Shown here in pieces: positions 35,057 through 42,783 of a stretch of 45,104 nt of DNA (the stretch's first letter is position 1; each line of letters begins with the position of its first letter). The notes under the pieces are model-generated. The model saw only the letters and a list, made by a program, of their open reading frames with translations. It was not told where the DNA came from and made no database searches. The DNA is from Flavobacteriaceae bacterium (lineage in GTDB: Bacteria > Bacteroidota > Bacteroidia > Flavobacteriales > Flavobacteriaceae). Made by a program: the position numbers and the translations under genes. Location: NCBI GenBank assembly GCA_023263685.1, contig JALQVM010000002.1:1-45104 (forward strand), read 5' to 3'.

Positions 35057-36928
35057 CTATCTACCCATGCTTACAAGCAGTACGCTGATGTCGCTCGGAT
35101 TGATCCCGCTGATCCTGGAGGCTTGCGCGAGTGTAGCGGGTTTAATTTTATTGAGCTTTTCTTTGGCCTCATGCGATAGGGAGGCCAACCTGTCGTAATC
35201 AAAGGCGGGAGGAATTTTAATGTTTTCTAGGCGTTTAAGCTTATCTGCGGTACGTTTTTCCTTTTCGATGTAACCGGCGTATTTAATTTCAATTTCCGCT
35301 TGTTCTAAAATCACATCGTCCATAGCATGTGCATCTAAAAAACGAGTCACGCTGTCAAATCGCATCAGGTCTTCCCTTCGGACATTAGGTCTTGCGAGTA
35401 GTTTAGCCAATTTATCGGTTTGTTTGACTGTAGCATCACCCTTTTCGTTGAGCAAGTCATTGGTTTCCTCAAGTTCATAGCTCGTTTTCTTTAAAAAAGC
35501 GACCAAGGCTTGACTCGACTGCTCTTTTCGTTCTACGGCCCTTATACGGTCTTCGGATGCTAAGCCCAACTCATAGGCTTTGGGAGTCAATCTTTGGTCC
35601 GCATTGTCTTGCCGTAACAAGGTGCGGTATTCTGCTCTCGAAGTAAACATACGGTAGGGCTCTTCGGTGCCTTTCAAAATTAAATCGTCAATAAGGACTC
35701 CTATATAAGCCTCTTCTCTTCCTAAAATAAAGGGTGTTTTGTCTTGGGATTTCAAATGGGCATTAATACCTGCCATTATTCCTTGGGCTCCTGCTTCTTC
35801 ATAGCCCGTAGTTCCGTTTATTTGACCTGCAAAAAATAAGTTTTGAATCCGCTTGGTTTCTAAGCTGTGAAAAAGTTGGGTAGGAGGGAAGTAGTCGTAT
35901 TCGATGGCATAACCGGGGCGGAAAAATTTAACGTTTTCAAAGCCCCTTACCTGCTTTAACGCCTTATACTGAATGTCGTCGGGTAGGGACGTTGAAAAAC
36001 CATTCACATAGACCTCAACTGTATCCCAGCCTTCTGGCTCTACAAAAATCTGGTGTTGCGACTTATCGCTAAATCGGTCGATTTTATCTTCTATGGAGGG
36101 ACAGTAACGCGGGCCTGTACTTTTTATCGCCCCGTTGAACATAGGTGAGCGATCAAAACCCGATCGCAATAGGTCGTGTACCGTTTCATTGGTATGTGTT
36201 ATATAACAACTTCGTTGTTTTTGAAGGGGTTGGGTCAAGTCGGTAAATGAAAATTTGGAAGGCTTGCTGTCTCCGGGTTGTTCTTCCATTTTACTGAAAT
36301 CCAAAGACCGTCCGTCTACGCGGGGTGGGGTTCCTGTTTTCATTCTACCTGCTGTAAAGCCTAGGTTTTCAAGCGCTGCGGTTAATCCGACGGCAGCGTT
36401 TTCGCCTGCACGTCCACCGCCAAAGTTTTTTTCTCCAATATGAATCAATCCATTGAGGAAGGTTCCATTGGTAAGAATAACGGTTTTACTATAAATTTTT
36501 AATCCTATAGAAGTAACTACACCTACCACTTGATCTTTGTCTATGATAAGGTCAACAATCATATCTTGATAAAAATCTAAGTTGGGGGTTTTTTCCAGCA
36601 GGGAGCGCCATTCTAGGGTAAACAAACTACGATCGGACTGAACTCTCGGGCTCCACATGGCGGGTCCTTTAGACTGATTCAGCATTTTATATTGGATGGC
36701 GCTACGGTCGGAAACAATCCCCGAATAACCTCCCAATGCATCTATTTCTCTTACGATCTGACCTTTGGCAATACCGCCCATAGCGGGGTTACAGGACATT
36801 TGAGCTACATTCTGTAAGTTCATAGTCACCAAAAGAGTTTTAGACCCGAGGTTAGCGGCGGCGGCGGCGGCCTCACATCCGGCATGTCCGGCACCCACTA
36901 CAATGACATCAAAGGACGAATCAAACAT
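35057..36928 (-). CDS. mnmG: tRNA uridine 5-carboxymethylaminomethyl modification enzyme MnmG (GidA)
   Basis: The N-terminal FAD motif VVGAGHAGCEAA and conservation along the full 623 aa. Confidence 0.97.
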   Translation of the reverse strand: MFDSSFDVIVVGAGHAGCEAAAAAANLGSKTLLVTMNLQNVAQMSCNPAMGGIAKGQIVREIDALGGYSGIVSDRSAIQYKMLNQSKGPAMWSPRVQSDRSLFTLEWRSLLEKTPNLDFYQDMIVDLIIDKDQVVGVVTSIGLKIYSKTVILTNGTFLNGLIHIGEKNFGGGRAGENAAVGLTAALENLGFTAGRMKTGTPPRVDGRSLDFSKMEEQPGDSKPSKFSFTDLTQPLQKQRSCYITHTNETVHDLLRSGFDRSPMFNGAIKSTGPRYCPSIEDKIDRFSDKSQHQIFVEPEGWDTVEVYVNGFSTSLPDDIQYKALKQVRGFENVKFFRPGYAIEYDYFPPTQLFHSLETKRIQNLFFAGQINGTTGYEEAGAQGIMAGINAHLKSQDKTPFILGREEAYIGVLIDDLILKGTEEPYRMFTSRAEYRTLLRQDNADQRLTPKAYELGLASEDRIRAVERKEQSSQALVAFLKKTSYELEETNDLLNEKGDATVKQTDKLAKLLARPNVRREDLMRFDSVTRFLDAHAMDDVILEQAEIEIKYAGYIEKEKRTADKLKRLENIKIPPAFDYDRLASLSHEAKEKLNKIKPATLAQASRISGINPSDISVLLVSMGR

Positions 36929-37289
36929 GGTTGTTGTGTTTCACGTGGAACATATTTATGAATTCATCTTCATGCTTACGCATAACTGCTTTTTCTTGAG
37001 CTGTACTGTCTTTTTTGCCCATACAGTGCAAAACGCCGTGAACCAAGACTCTAAGGGTCTCATTTTCAATGCTTTGTGCCTCCTCTTCCGCTGAGTGAGC
37101 CACAGCCCATAAAGAAATAAAAAATTCTGCGCTGAGCGATTTATTCTGACTGTAATCAAAGCTGATGATGTCAGTATGGGTGTCGTGATTTAAATACTGC
37201 AGGTTCATTTCCAACAAACGCTCTTTTGAAACAAAGTTATAAACCAAACGATCGACAACATAACCCCAGGAGTCCACATAAGAAGCCAA
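36921..37289 (-). CDS. ybeY: endoribonuclease YbeY (start uncertain; the conserved frame stays open up to about 37346)
   Basis: HGVLHCMGKKD metal-binding motif and DIISFDY. The coordinates use the TTG from the ORF track. 19 further in-frame family-like codons (IITFNNIPDYLVADRIKEA) lie upstream with no canonical start. Confidence 0.85.
   Translation of the reverse strand: MASYVDSWGYVVDRLVYNFVSKERLLEMNLQYLNHDTHTDIISFDYSQNKSLSAEFFISLWAVAHSAEEEAQSIENETLRVLVHGVLHCMGKKDSTAQEKAVMRKHEDEFINMFHVKHNNHV
36937..36952. other. parS: parS (ParB/Spo0J-binding centromere-like site) embedded in the ybeY 3' end
   Basis: The minus strand reads TGTTCCACGTGAAACA, an exact match to TGTTNCACGTGAAACA. It lies 8 nt upstream of the mnmG ATG. 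Confidence 0.75.
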
Positions 37290-37360
37290 AGCTTCTTTTA
37301 TACGGTCAGCAACTAAATAATCGGGTATGTTGTTAAAAGTAATGATGGTTCCATTTTTTG

Positions 37361-37368
37361 CAAATATA
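37361..37368 (-). promoter_or_regulatory. Bacteroidota -7 promoter box TATATTTG for the ybeY-mnmG-methyltransferase operon
   Basis: Exact TAnnTTTG match on the minus strand, 14 nt upstream of the in-frame ATC at 37346. Confidence 0.5.
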
Positions 37369-37412
37369 ACGGATTTATAAAGGTGTACGGCTGAATAATA
37401 TAGGGAAGCTAT

Positions 37413-37420
37413 TATCTTTG
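37413..37420 (+). promoter_or_regulatory. Bacteroidota -7 promoter box TATCTTTG for gltX
   Basis: Exact TAnnTTTG match, 10 nt upstream of the ATG at 37431. Confidence 0.5.
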
Positions 37421-37430
37421 CAGGAAAAAA

Positions 37431-38915
37431 ATGGAGACAAGGGTACGATTTGCACCTAGTCCTACAGGACCTTTACATATTGGTGGTGTACGAACTGCCT
37501 TATTCAATTATCTTTTTGCGAAAAAAAACAATGGCGTCTTTATACTAAGGGTAGAAGACACAGATCAAAACCGCTATGTTGAAGGAAGTGAAGCCTATAT
37601 CCAACAGGCTTTAGAATGGTCTGGAATGGTACCCGATGAAGGTCCTGCAAATGGGGGAGCGTTCGGTCCGTACAGACAAAGCGAGCGGAAAGACCTGTAC
37701 GAAGCCCATATTCAAAAACTCATTGCAAAGGGCAAAGCTTATTATGCTTTTGATAGCGCTGAAGTGCTCGCTGAAGCAAGAAAAAATGCTGAAGCCCAAG
37801 GAGAAACTTTTAGGTATGGAGCACATAACAGAATGCGCTTTAGCAACAGCCTGACTTGGTCTGAAGAAAAGGTAAAGGCGGCTTTGGAAGGGGACTATGT
37901 TGTCCGATTAAAGGTAGCGCCAGGAAATACAATTACCGTTACTGACGAAATACGAGGGACCATTCACCAAGAAAGTGATTTGCTTGACGACAAAATACTG
38001 ATGAAAGCGGACGGTATGCCGACCTATCATTTTGCCAATGTTGTGGACGACCACCTTATGCAAATAAGTACGGTCATTCGGGGGGAAGAATGGCTTCCCT
38101 CTTTGCCCATACATCAACTGCTCTACGATGCTTTTGGATGGAACGCACCGCAATTTATGCACCTACCCCTAATTTTAAAACCTTCGGGAAAAGGCAAACT
38201 TTCAAAAAGGGATGGAGACAAGGAAGGATTCCCTGTTTTTCCCTTAAACTGGGGTGATGCCGCTGTTGGATTTAAAGAAAGTGGATTCTTACCCGAAGGG
38301 TTCATCAATTATCTTGCGCTTCTGGGCTGGAACAGTGGAACAGATCAAGAAATCTTTAGTTTGAAAGAACTGGAGGGCTTGTTTAGTGTCGGGGGAATAC
38401 AAAAAGGAGGCGCTCGGTTTGATTACGAAAAAGCACGCTGGATCAATCATCAGCATCTCGGGGCGATGCAAGTAGAAGAATTGTATGAGTTTGACCTCAT
38501 CAAGGAGCAACTTGAAGCTGTAGCGACCGACCAACAAATTAACGTATTGCGTGTAGTCAAAGAACGTATGGCTACCCTTACTGATTTGGCTCAAGAAATT
38601 ACTTGGATGGAAGACCCTCAGGGCTATGACGAGGCAATCGTACAAAAACTGCTCTCTAAAGGAGCAACGGAAGTGCTCGATCAAATACACGCCCTGGTCA
38701 TAAAACAAACGGATCTACAGACCTTAAAAGAAACCTTAATGCCTTGGGCGAAGGAAAATGAAATCAATACGGGGCTGATGATGCAGTCGTTGCGAATTGC
38801 CTTAGTCGGTAAACTTGCCGGACCTGACGTATTTCTGATTTGTTCCATTTTAGGGAAAGATGTAACTTTAAATCGAATAGCAAAAGCTATCGCTTTTTTT
38901 AACTCAAAAACTTAA
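37431..38915 (+). CDS. gltX: glutamate--tRNA ligase
   Basis: PSPTGPLHIGG (HIGH) and KLSKR (KMSKS) motifs. 494 aa. Confidence 0.95.
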   Translation: METRVRFAPSPTGPLHIGGVRTALFNYLFAKKNNGVFILRVEDTDQNRYVEGSEAYIQQALEWSGMVPDEGPANGGAFGPYRQSERKDLYEAHIQKLIAKGKAYYAFDSAEVLAEARKNAEAQGETFRYGAHNRMRFSNSLTWSEEKVKAALEGDYVVRLKVAPGNTITVTDEIRGTIHQESDLLDDKILMKADGMPTYHFANVVDDHLMQISTVIRGEEWLPSLPIHQLLYDAFGWNAPQFMHLPLILKPSGKGKLSKRDGDKEGFPVFPLNWGDAAVGFKESGFLPEGFINYLALLGWNSGTDQEIFSLKELEGLFSVGGIQKGGARFDYEKARWINHQHLGAMQVEELYEFDLIKEQLEAVATDQQINVLRVVKERMATLTDLAQEITWMEDPQGYDEAIVQKLLSKGATEVLDQIHALVIKQTDLQTLKETLMPWAKENEINTGLMMQSLRIALVGKLAGPDVFLICSILGKDVTLNRIAKAIAFFNSKT

Positions 38916-38920
38916 CTCTT

Positions 38921-39865
38921 ATGGCTCCTTTCGTACTTATTCCCATTTTGGTCCTGATTGCACTCTCAGGACTGTTCGTAGTAAAACAACAAACGGCTGC
39001 AATCGTAGAACGGTTCGGCAGGTTTTTAACCATCCGGCAGTCGGGCTTGCACTTTAAAATACCTTTGATCGATAAAATTTCTGGAAGAATCAGCTTGCGC
39101 ATTCTTCAATTGGATGTGATTGTGGAAACAAAAACAAAAGATGATGTTTTCGTTAAACTTAAAGTTTCGGTTCAGTATAAAGTGGTTCAGGAAAAAGTAT
39201 ACGACGCCTTTTACAAACTAGACTATCCGCAAGACCAAATCACCTCGTATGTTTTTGATGTGGTCCGGGCTGTGGTTCCAAAAATGAAATTGGATGATGT
39301 CTTTGAAAAAAAGGACGATATTGCCAATGCGGTAAAAGGAGAATTGAACGATGCCATGATCAATTACGGTTATGATATTATTAAAGCTTTGGTTACCGAC
39401 ATTGATCCAGACAGTGAAGTAAAGGCTGCCATGAACAGAATCAATGCTGCAGAACGCAAAAAAGTTGCTGCTCAATACGAAGGAGATGCAGAGCGTATTT
39501 TAATCGTTGAAAAAGCCAAGGCGGAAGCCGAAAGCAAACGCTTACAAGGTCAAGGTATTGCCGATCAAAGAAGAGAAATCGCTCGAGGACTGGAAGAGTC
39601 GGTAGACGTACTCAACGGTGTGGGAATCAATTCCCAAGAGGCATCCGCATTGATCGTTGTTACGCAACATTACGACACCCTTCAGTCCATTGGCGAAGAA
39701 ACCAACAGTAATTTGATTTTATTGCCCAACTCACCTCAAGCAGGAAGCGAAATGTTAAATAATATGGTCGCATCCTTTACCGCCAGCAATCAAATAGGGG
39801 AGGCAATGAAAGCTCAAAACCTCAACAAAAAGAAAAATAAGGGTTCTTCTGACGATGGCGCTTAA
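38921..39865 (+). CDS. SPFH/band 7 (stomatin-prohibitin-like) membrane protein
   Basis: An N-terminal TM segment, an SPFH core (VVKQQTAAIVERFGRF...HFKIPLIDKI), and a coiled-coil A/E/K-rich C-terminal region. Confidence 0.85.
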   Translation: MAPFVLIPILVLIALSGLFVVKQQTAAIVERFGRFLTIRQSGLHFKIPLIDKISGRISLRILQLDVIVETKTKDDVFVKLKVSVQYKVVQEKVYDAFYKLDYPQDQITSYVFDVVRAVVPKMKLDDVFEKKDDIANAVKGELNDAMINYGYDIIKALVTDIDPDSEVKAAMNRINAAERKKVAAQYEGDAERILIVEKAKAEAESKRLQGQGIADQRREIARGLEESVDVLNGVGINSQEASALIVVTQHYDTLQSIGEETNSNLILLPNSPQAGSEMLNNMVASFTASNQIGEAMKAQNLNKKKNKGSSDDGA

Positions 39866-41532
39866 GCGTTTTTAGACCAATTGTCGCGTAAGCCTACGGT
39901 TTTGTTGAAAACTAACTTTTTCTCACGGCTGTCTGGATCTACTACAAAATAACCCAAGCGTTGGAATTGAAACCGGTCCCCTGCTAATGCAGATTCTAAG
40001 CTCGGTTCAGCAAAGCCCCTAAGGGTGCTCAACGAATGTGGGTTTAAGTGTGCTTTAAAATCAACGTTTTTGTCTTGATCCGGAGCTTCTTCTTGGAAGA
40101 GTCTGTCGTACAGACGAACCTCTATCGGAAAAGCGTGGGCGGTACTTACCCAATGTAAGGTTCCCTTTACTTTGCGTTGGCTCTCTTCTGTTCCACTACC
40201 GCTTTTACTTTTAGGATCGTAGGTGCAAATGATTTCAATAATGTTACCGGATGCGTCTTTTATAACCGATTCTCCTTTGATGATGTAAGCGTTTTTAAGT
40301 CGTACTTCTTTGCCTAAAGACAACCTAAAAAATTTGCGGTTGGCTTCCTCCTTAAAATCTTCTCTTTCGATATACAATTCCCTAGAAAAAGGGAGCTTAC
40401 GCGTACCGAGTTCGGGTTGTTCCGGATTAATTTCTCCATCTAACATTTCGGAGGTTCCCTCTGGGTAATTGGAGATCGTAAGTTTTACCGGGTTTAAAAC
40501 AGCCATAACCCGAGGAGCAGTTTGATTGAGGTCTTCTCTAATTGCATACTCTAAAAGAGACATGTCAATTACGTTGTCACGTTTCGCTACGCCCGCAGCA
40601 TCAACAAAATTGCGAAGCGCTCTTGGGGTATATCCTCTTCTTCGAAGGCCGGCTATCGTAGGCATTCTTGGGTCGTCCCAACCCGACACATGGCCTTCTT
40701 CAATAAGACTGGCTAATTTTCTCTTGCTCGTGACTGTATAGGACAAATTCATTCGAGCAAACTCTTTTTGTTTTGGTCTTAATGGTTTTTGAAGGGGGCT
40801 TAATGCGTCTAAAAACCAATCGTATAAATCACGATGGGGTTTAAATTCAAGTGAACAAAGGGAGTGTGAGACCTGCTCAACATAATCTGACTGGCCGTGC
40901 GTCCAGTCGTAAAGGGGGTAGATACACCAGCTGTCGGCCGTTCTGTGATGGCTTTTATACAGGATTCTATACATCACCGGATCGCGCAACAACATATTGG
41001 GTGAAGCCATGTCAATTTTCGCTCTGAGGACATGGGCCCCTTCGGGATGTTGGCCGGCTTTCATTTCTTCAAAAAGGCGTTTGTTTTCTGCTACCGAACG
41101 GTTTCTGAAAGGACTTTCTGTCCCGGGTTGTGTAGGTGTTCCTTTTTGTTGGGCAATGGCTTCTGAAGGCTGAGAATCTACATAGGCCAGGTTTTTTTCT
41201 ATAAGTTCTACTGCCCAGGCATACAATTGATCAAAATAATCAGAGGCATAGCATTCACCCTCCCACTGATACCCCAACCATTGAATATTTTCTTTTATGG
41301 CATCGACAAACTGTTGCTCTTCTTTTGCGGGATTGGTGTCGTCAAAACGCAAATTTACCGGTGCCTTATAGCGCTCACCGAGATTAAAATTGATACAGAT
41401 CGCTTTGACATGACCTATATGCAAATAACCGTTGGGTTCTGGCGGAAAACGAAAACGCAAATCAGCGGGTGAATAACCGTTTTTAAGATCCTCCTCAACA
41501 ATATGCTCAATAAAATGCAGGGGTCGCTCCAT
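39862..41532 (-). CDS. glnS: glutamine--tRNA ligase
   Basis: PEPNGYLHIGH (HIGH) and VTSKR (MSK) motifs. 556 aa from the ATG at 41532 (MERPLHFIE). Confidence 0.95.
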   Translation of the reverse strand: MERPLHFIEHIVEEDLKNGYSPADLRFRFPPEPNGYLHIGHVKAICINFNLGERYKAPVNLRFDDTNPAKEEQQFVDAIKENIQWLGYQWEGECYASDYFDQLYAWAVELIEKNLAYVDSQPSEAIAQQKGTPTQPGTESPFRNRSVAENKRLFEEMKAGQHPEGAHVLRAKIDMASPNMLLRDPVMYRILYKSHHRTADSWCIYPLYDWTHGQSDYVEQVSHSLCSLEFKPHRDLYDWFLDALSPLQKPLRPKQKEFARMNLSYTVTSKRKLASLIEEGHVSGWDDPRMPTIAGLRRRGYTPRALRNFVDAAGVAKRDNVIDMSLLEYAIREDLNQTAPRVMAVLNPVKLTISNYPEGTSEMLDGEINPEQPELGTRKLPFSRELYIEREDFKEEANRKFFRLSLGKEVRLKNAYIIKGESVIKDASGNIIEIICTYDPKSKSGSGTEESQRKVKGTLHWVSTAHAFPIEVRLYDRLFQEEAPDQDKNVDFKAHLNPHSLSTLRGFAEPSLESALAGDRFQFQRLGYFVVDPDSREKKLVFNKTVGLRDNWSKNA

Positions 41533-41593
41533 AGTATTTATTTGTGGTAAAGATAATGAATGCAAAGATGGGAAGAAAAGCATAAACAGTCGT

Positions 41594-41601
41594 TATATTT
41601 G
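41594..41601 (+). promoter_or_regulatory. Bacteroidota -7 promoter box TATATTTG for folB
   Basis: Exact TAnnTTTG match, 8 nt upstream of the ATG at 41610. Confidence 0.5.
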
Positions 41602-41609
41602 CATTCACA

Positions 41610-41984
41610 ATGGGAAAAATATTTTTAAAAAACATTCGTCTTTATGCTTATCACGGCTGTCTGGATGAAGAAGAAAAAATTGGTAGTGACTATGTGGTCA
41701 ACGTGGTTGTTCACACCGAACTTGAAAAATCTTCTTTCTCAGATGAATTAAGTGATACTGTCGATTACGTTTCCCTGCATGCTATTGTAAAAGAAGAAAT
41801 GGCCGTACGCGCCAAATTACTTGAAAAGGTAGCGGACCGAATTATTAAAAGAATTTTTAGAGAACATGAAGAGGTGAGCAGGGCACGTGTAAAAGTAGCC
41901 AAGCAAAACCCTCCGATTGGAGGAAACGTAGAAGAAGTAGCGGTCGCATTAGAACTCGAACGTTCGGCTATACAATTCAATTAA
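41610..41984 (+). CDS. folB: dihydroneopterin aldolase
   Basis: 124 aa. IRLYAYHGCLDEEEKIGSDYVVNV...DYVSL is typical of the FolB tunnelling fold. Confidence 0.85.
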   Translation: MGKIFLKNIRLYAYHGCLDEEEKIGSDYVVNVVVHTELEKSSFSDELSDTVDYVSLHAIVKEEMAVRAKLLEKVADRIIKRIFREHEEVSRARVKVAKQNPPIGGNVEEVAVALELERSAIQFN

Positions 41985-42006
41985 TAATTAGTACTTTTGC
42001 ACCCAT

Positions 42007-42077
42007 GGCATCGTGGCCGAGTGGCTAGGCAGAGCTCTGCAAAAGCTTGTACAGCGGTTCGAATCCGCTCGATGCCT
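42007..42077 (+). tRNA. tRNA-Cys (anticodon GCA)
   Basis: Hand-folded cloverleaf. The acceptor stem is GGCATCG/CGATGCC and the D arm is GCCG..AGGC with a 13:22 mismatch. The anticodon stem is GAGCT/AGCTT with loop CTGCAAA. The variable loop is 4 nt and the T arm is AGCGG-TTCGAAT-CCGCT. The discriminator is U73, which is the Cys identity element. No CCA is encoded. Confidence 0.9.
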
Positions 42078-42079
42078 CT

Positions 42080-42772
42080 TTATTCTTCGAAATAAAGCTT
42101 CCCGCCTAACTTCTTTTGATAGACTTTCTTGATTGGGTTTCCAAAAACACGGAGCACACTGCCCCCTATAACATCTGCTTGGATCAACTCACTTGCGGTA
42201 ACATAAGCGTAGCCTCCACCAACCAATTTGGTTTGGATTTGATCCGTTTGCAGTTGTTCTGCCTCGCAGCTTCCGCCTGTAGTAACGTTTAAATTAAAAT
42301 TGGACACCTTGCCTGTCAACGCAATTCTTCCGCCGTTAGCAGCTGTCGCATCTAAGCGATCTGCATAAATTTCAAAATCGATTACAGCGCCTGTGTTGGA
42401 TTTTATGTTCAGACTGGTTTGTGAAATGGGCTGTTGCGAACGTATTTTTGCTTGTTGTGCTGCAGTAATTTCATTAAGTAACTTACTGTGATACAAATCG
42501 ATACGGGTAGGAATTGAATCGGGTAGGCTGCCTAGCGCTATTTTTAGTTGTAACACACCGTTTTTCATGGTGAGTATAACATCATCCGATTGGGGCCCAT
42601 AGACTACTGCTTTATTAACCTCTGAACTTATCAAGGTGAGCGCTAAGCCAGAATAAACTTTTACACCAATAAAAGGGGCGGTCGTTAAGGTTCTTTTTTG
42701 TTTGTCTTGACAATGAACATCCAAAAGACTGGTATATATAAAGAATAAGAATAAGATGTTTCTCCAAACCAT
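42080..42772 (-). CDS. secreted beta-helix protein, head GIN / DUF2807-like (from memory)
   Basis: Signal peptide, then a repetitive pattern such as VTTGGSCEAEQL...VGGGYAYV...IGGSVLRVFGNP that resembles GIN-domain proteins. It lies 11 nt downstream of rnr. Confidence 0.55.
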   Translation of the reverse strand: MVWRNILFLFFIYTSLLDVHCQDKQKRTLTTAPFIGVKVYSGLALTLISSEVNKAVVYGPQSDDVILTMKNGVLQLKIALGSLPDSIPTRIDLYHSKLLNEITAAQQAKIRSQQPISQTSLNIKSNTGAVIDFEIYADRLDATAANGGRIALTGKVSNFNLNVTTGGSCEAEQLQTDQIQTKLVGGGYAYVTASELIQADVIGGSVLRVFGNPIKKVYQKKLGGKLYFEE

Positions 42773-42783
42773 TTGACAAAAAT

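Noticed and set aside
36851-36870. A perfect (GCC)5 triplet repeat encoding the Ala run in the MnmG N-terminus, and a shorter GGC repeat near 17030.
   Set aside because: The repeats are in frame and short, and sit in an Ala-rich conserved segment. Nothing suggests instability or function beyond coding.
38289-38708. Long antisense ORFs inside well-supported genes: 139 aa opposite gltX, and similarly 43373-43753 opposite rnr, 10691-11065 opposite the PNPOx-like gene, 15923-16276 opposite atpB, and 13801-14145 opposite atpA.
   Set aside because: These are shadow ORFs of strongly conserved genes on the other strand. They have low-complexity or odd composition and no promoter box or start context, so there is no independent support.
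1678-41890. Other CACGTG cores, near 1680, 4306, 31626 and 41885, as possible extra parS sites.
   Set aside because: Their flanks do not match TGTTN / AAACA, with several mismatches on each side. They are chance E-box-like hexamers within genes.
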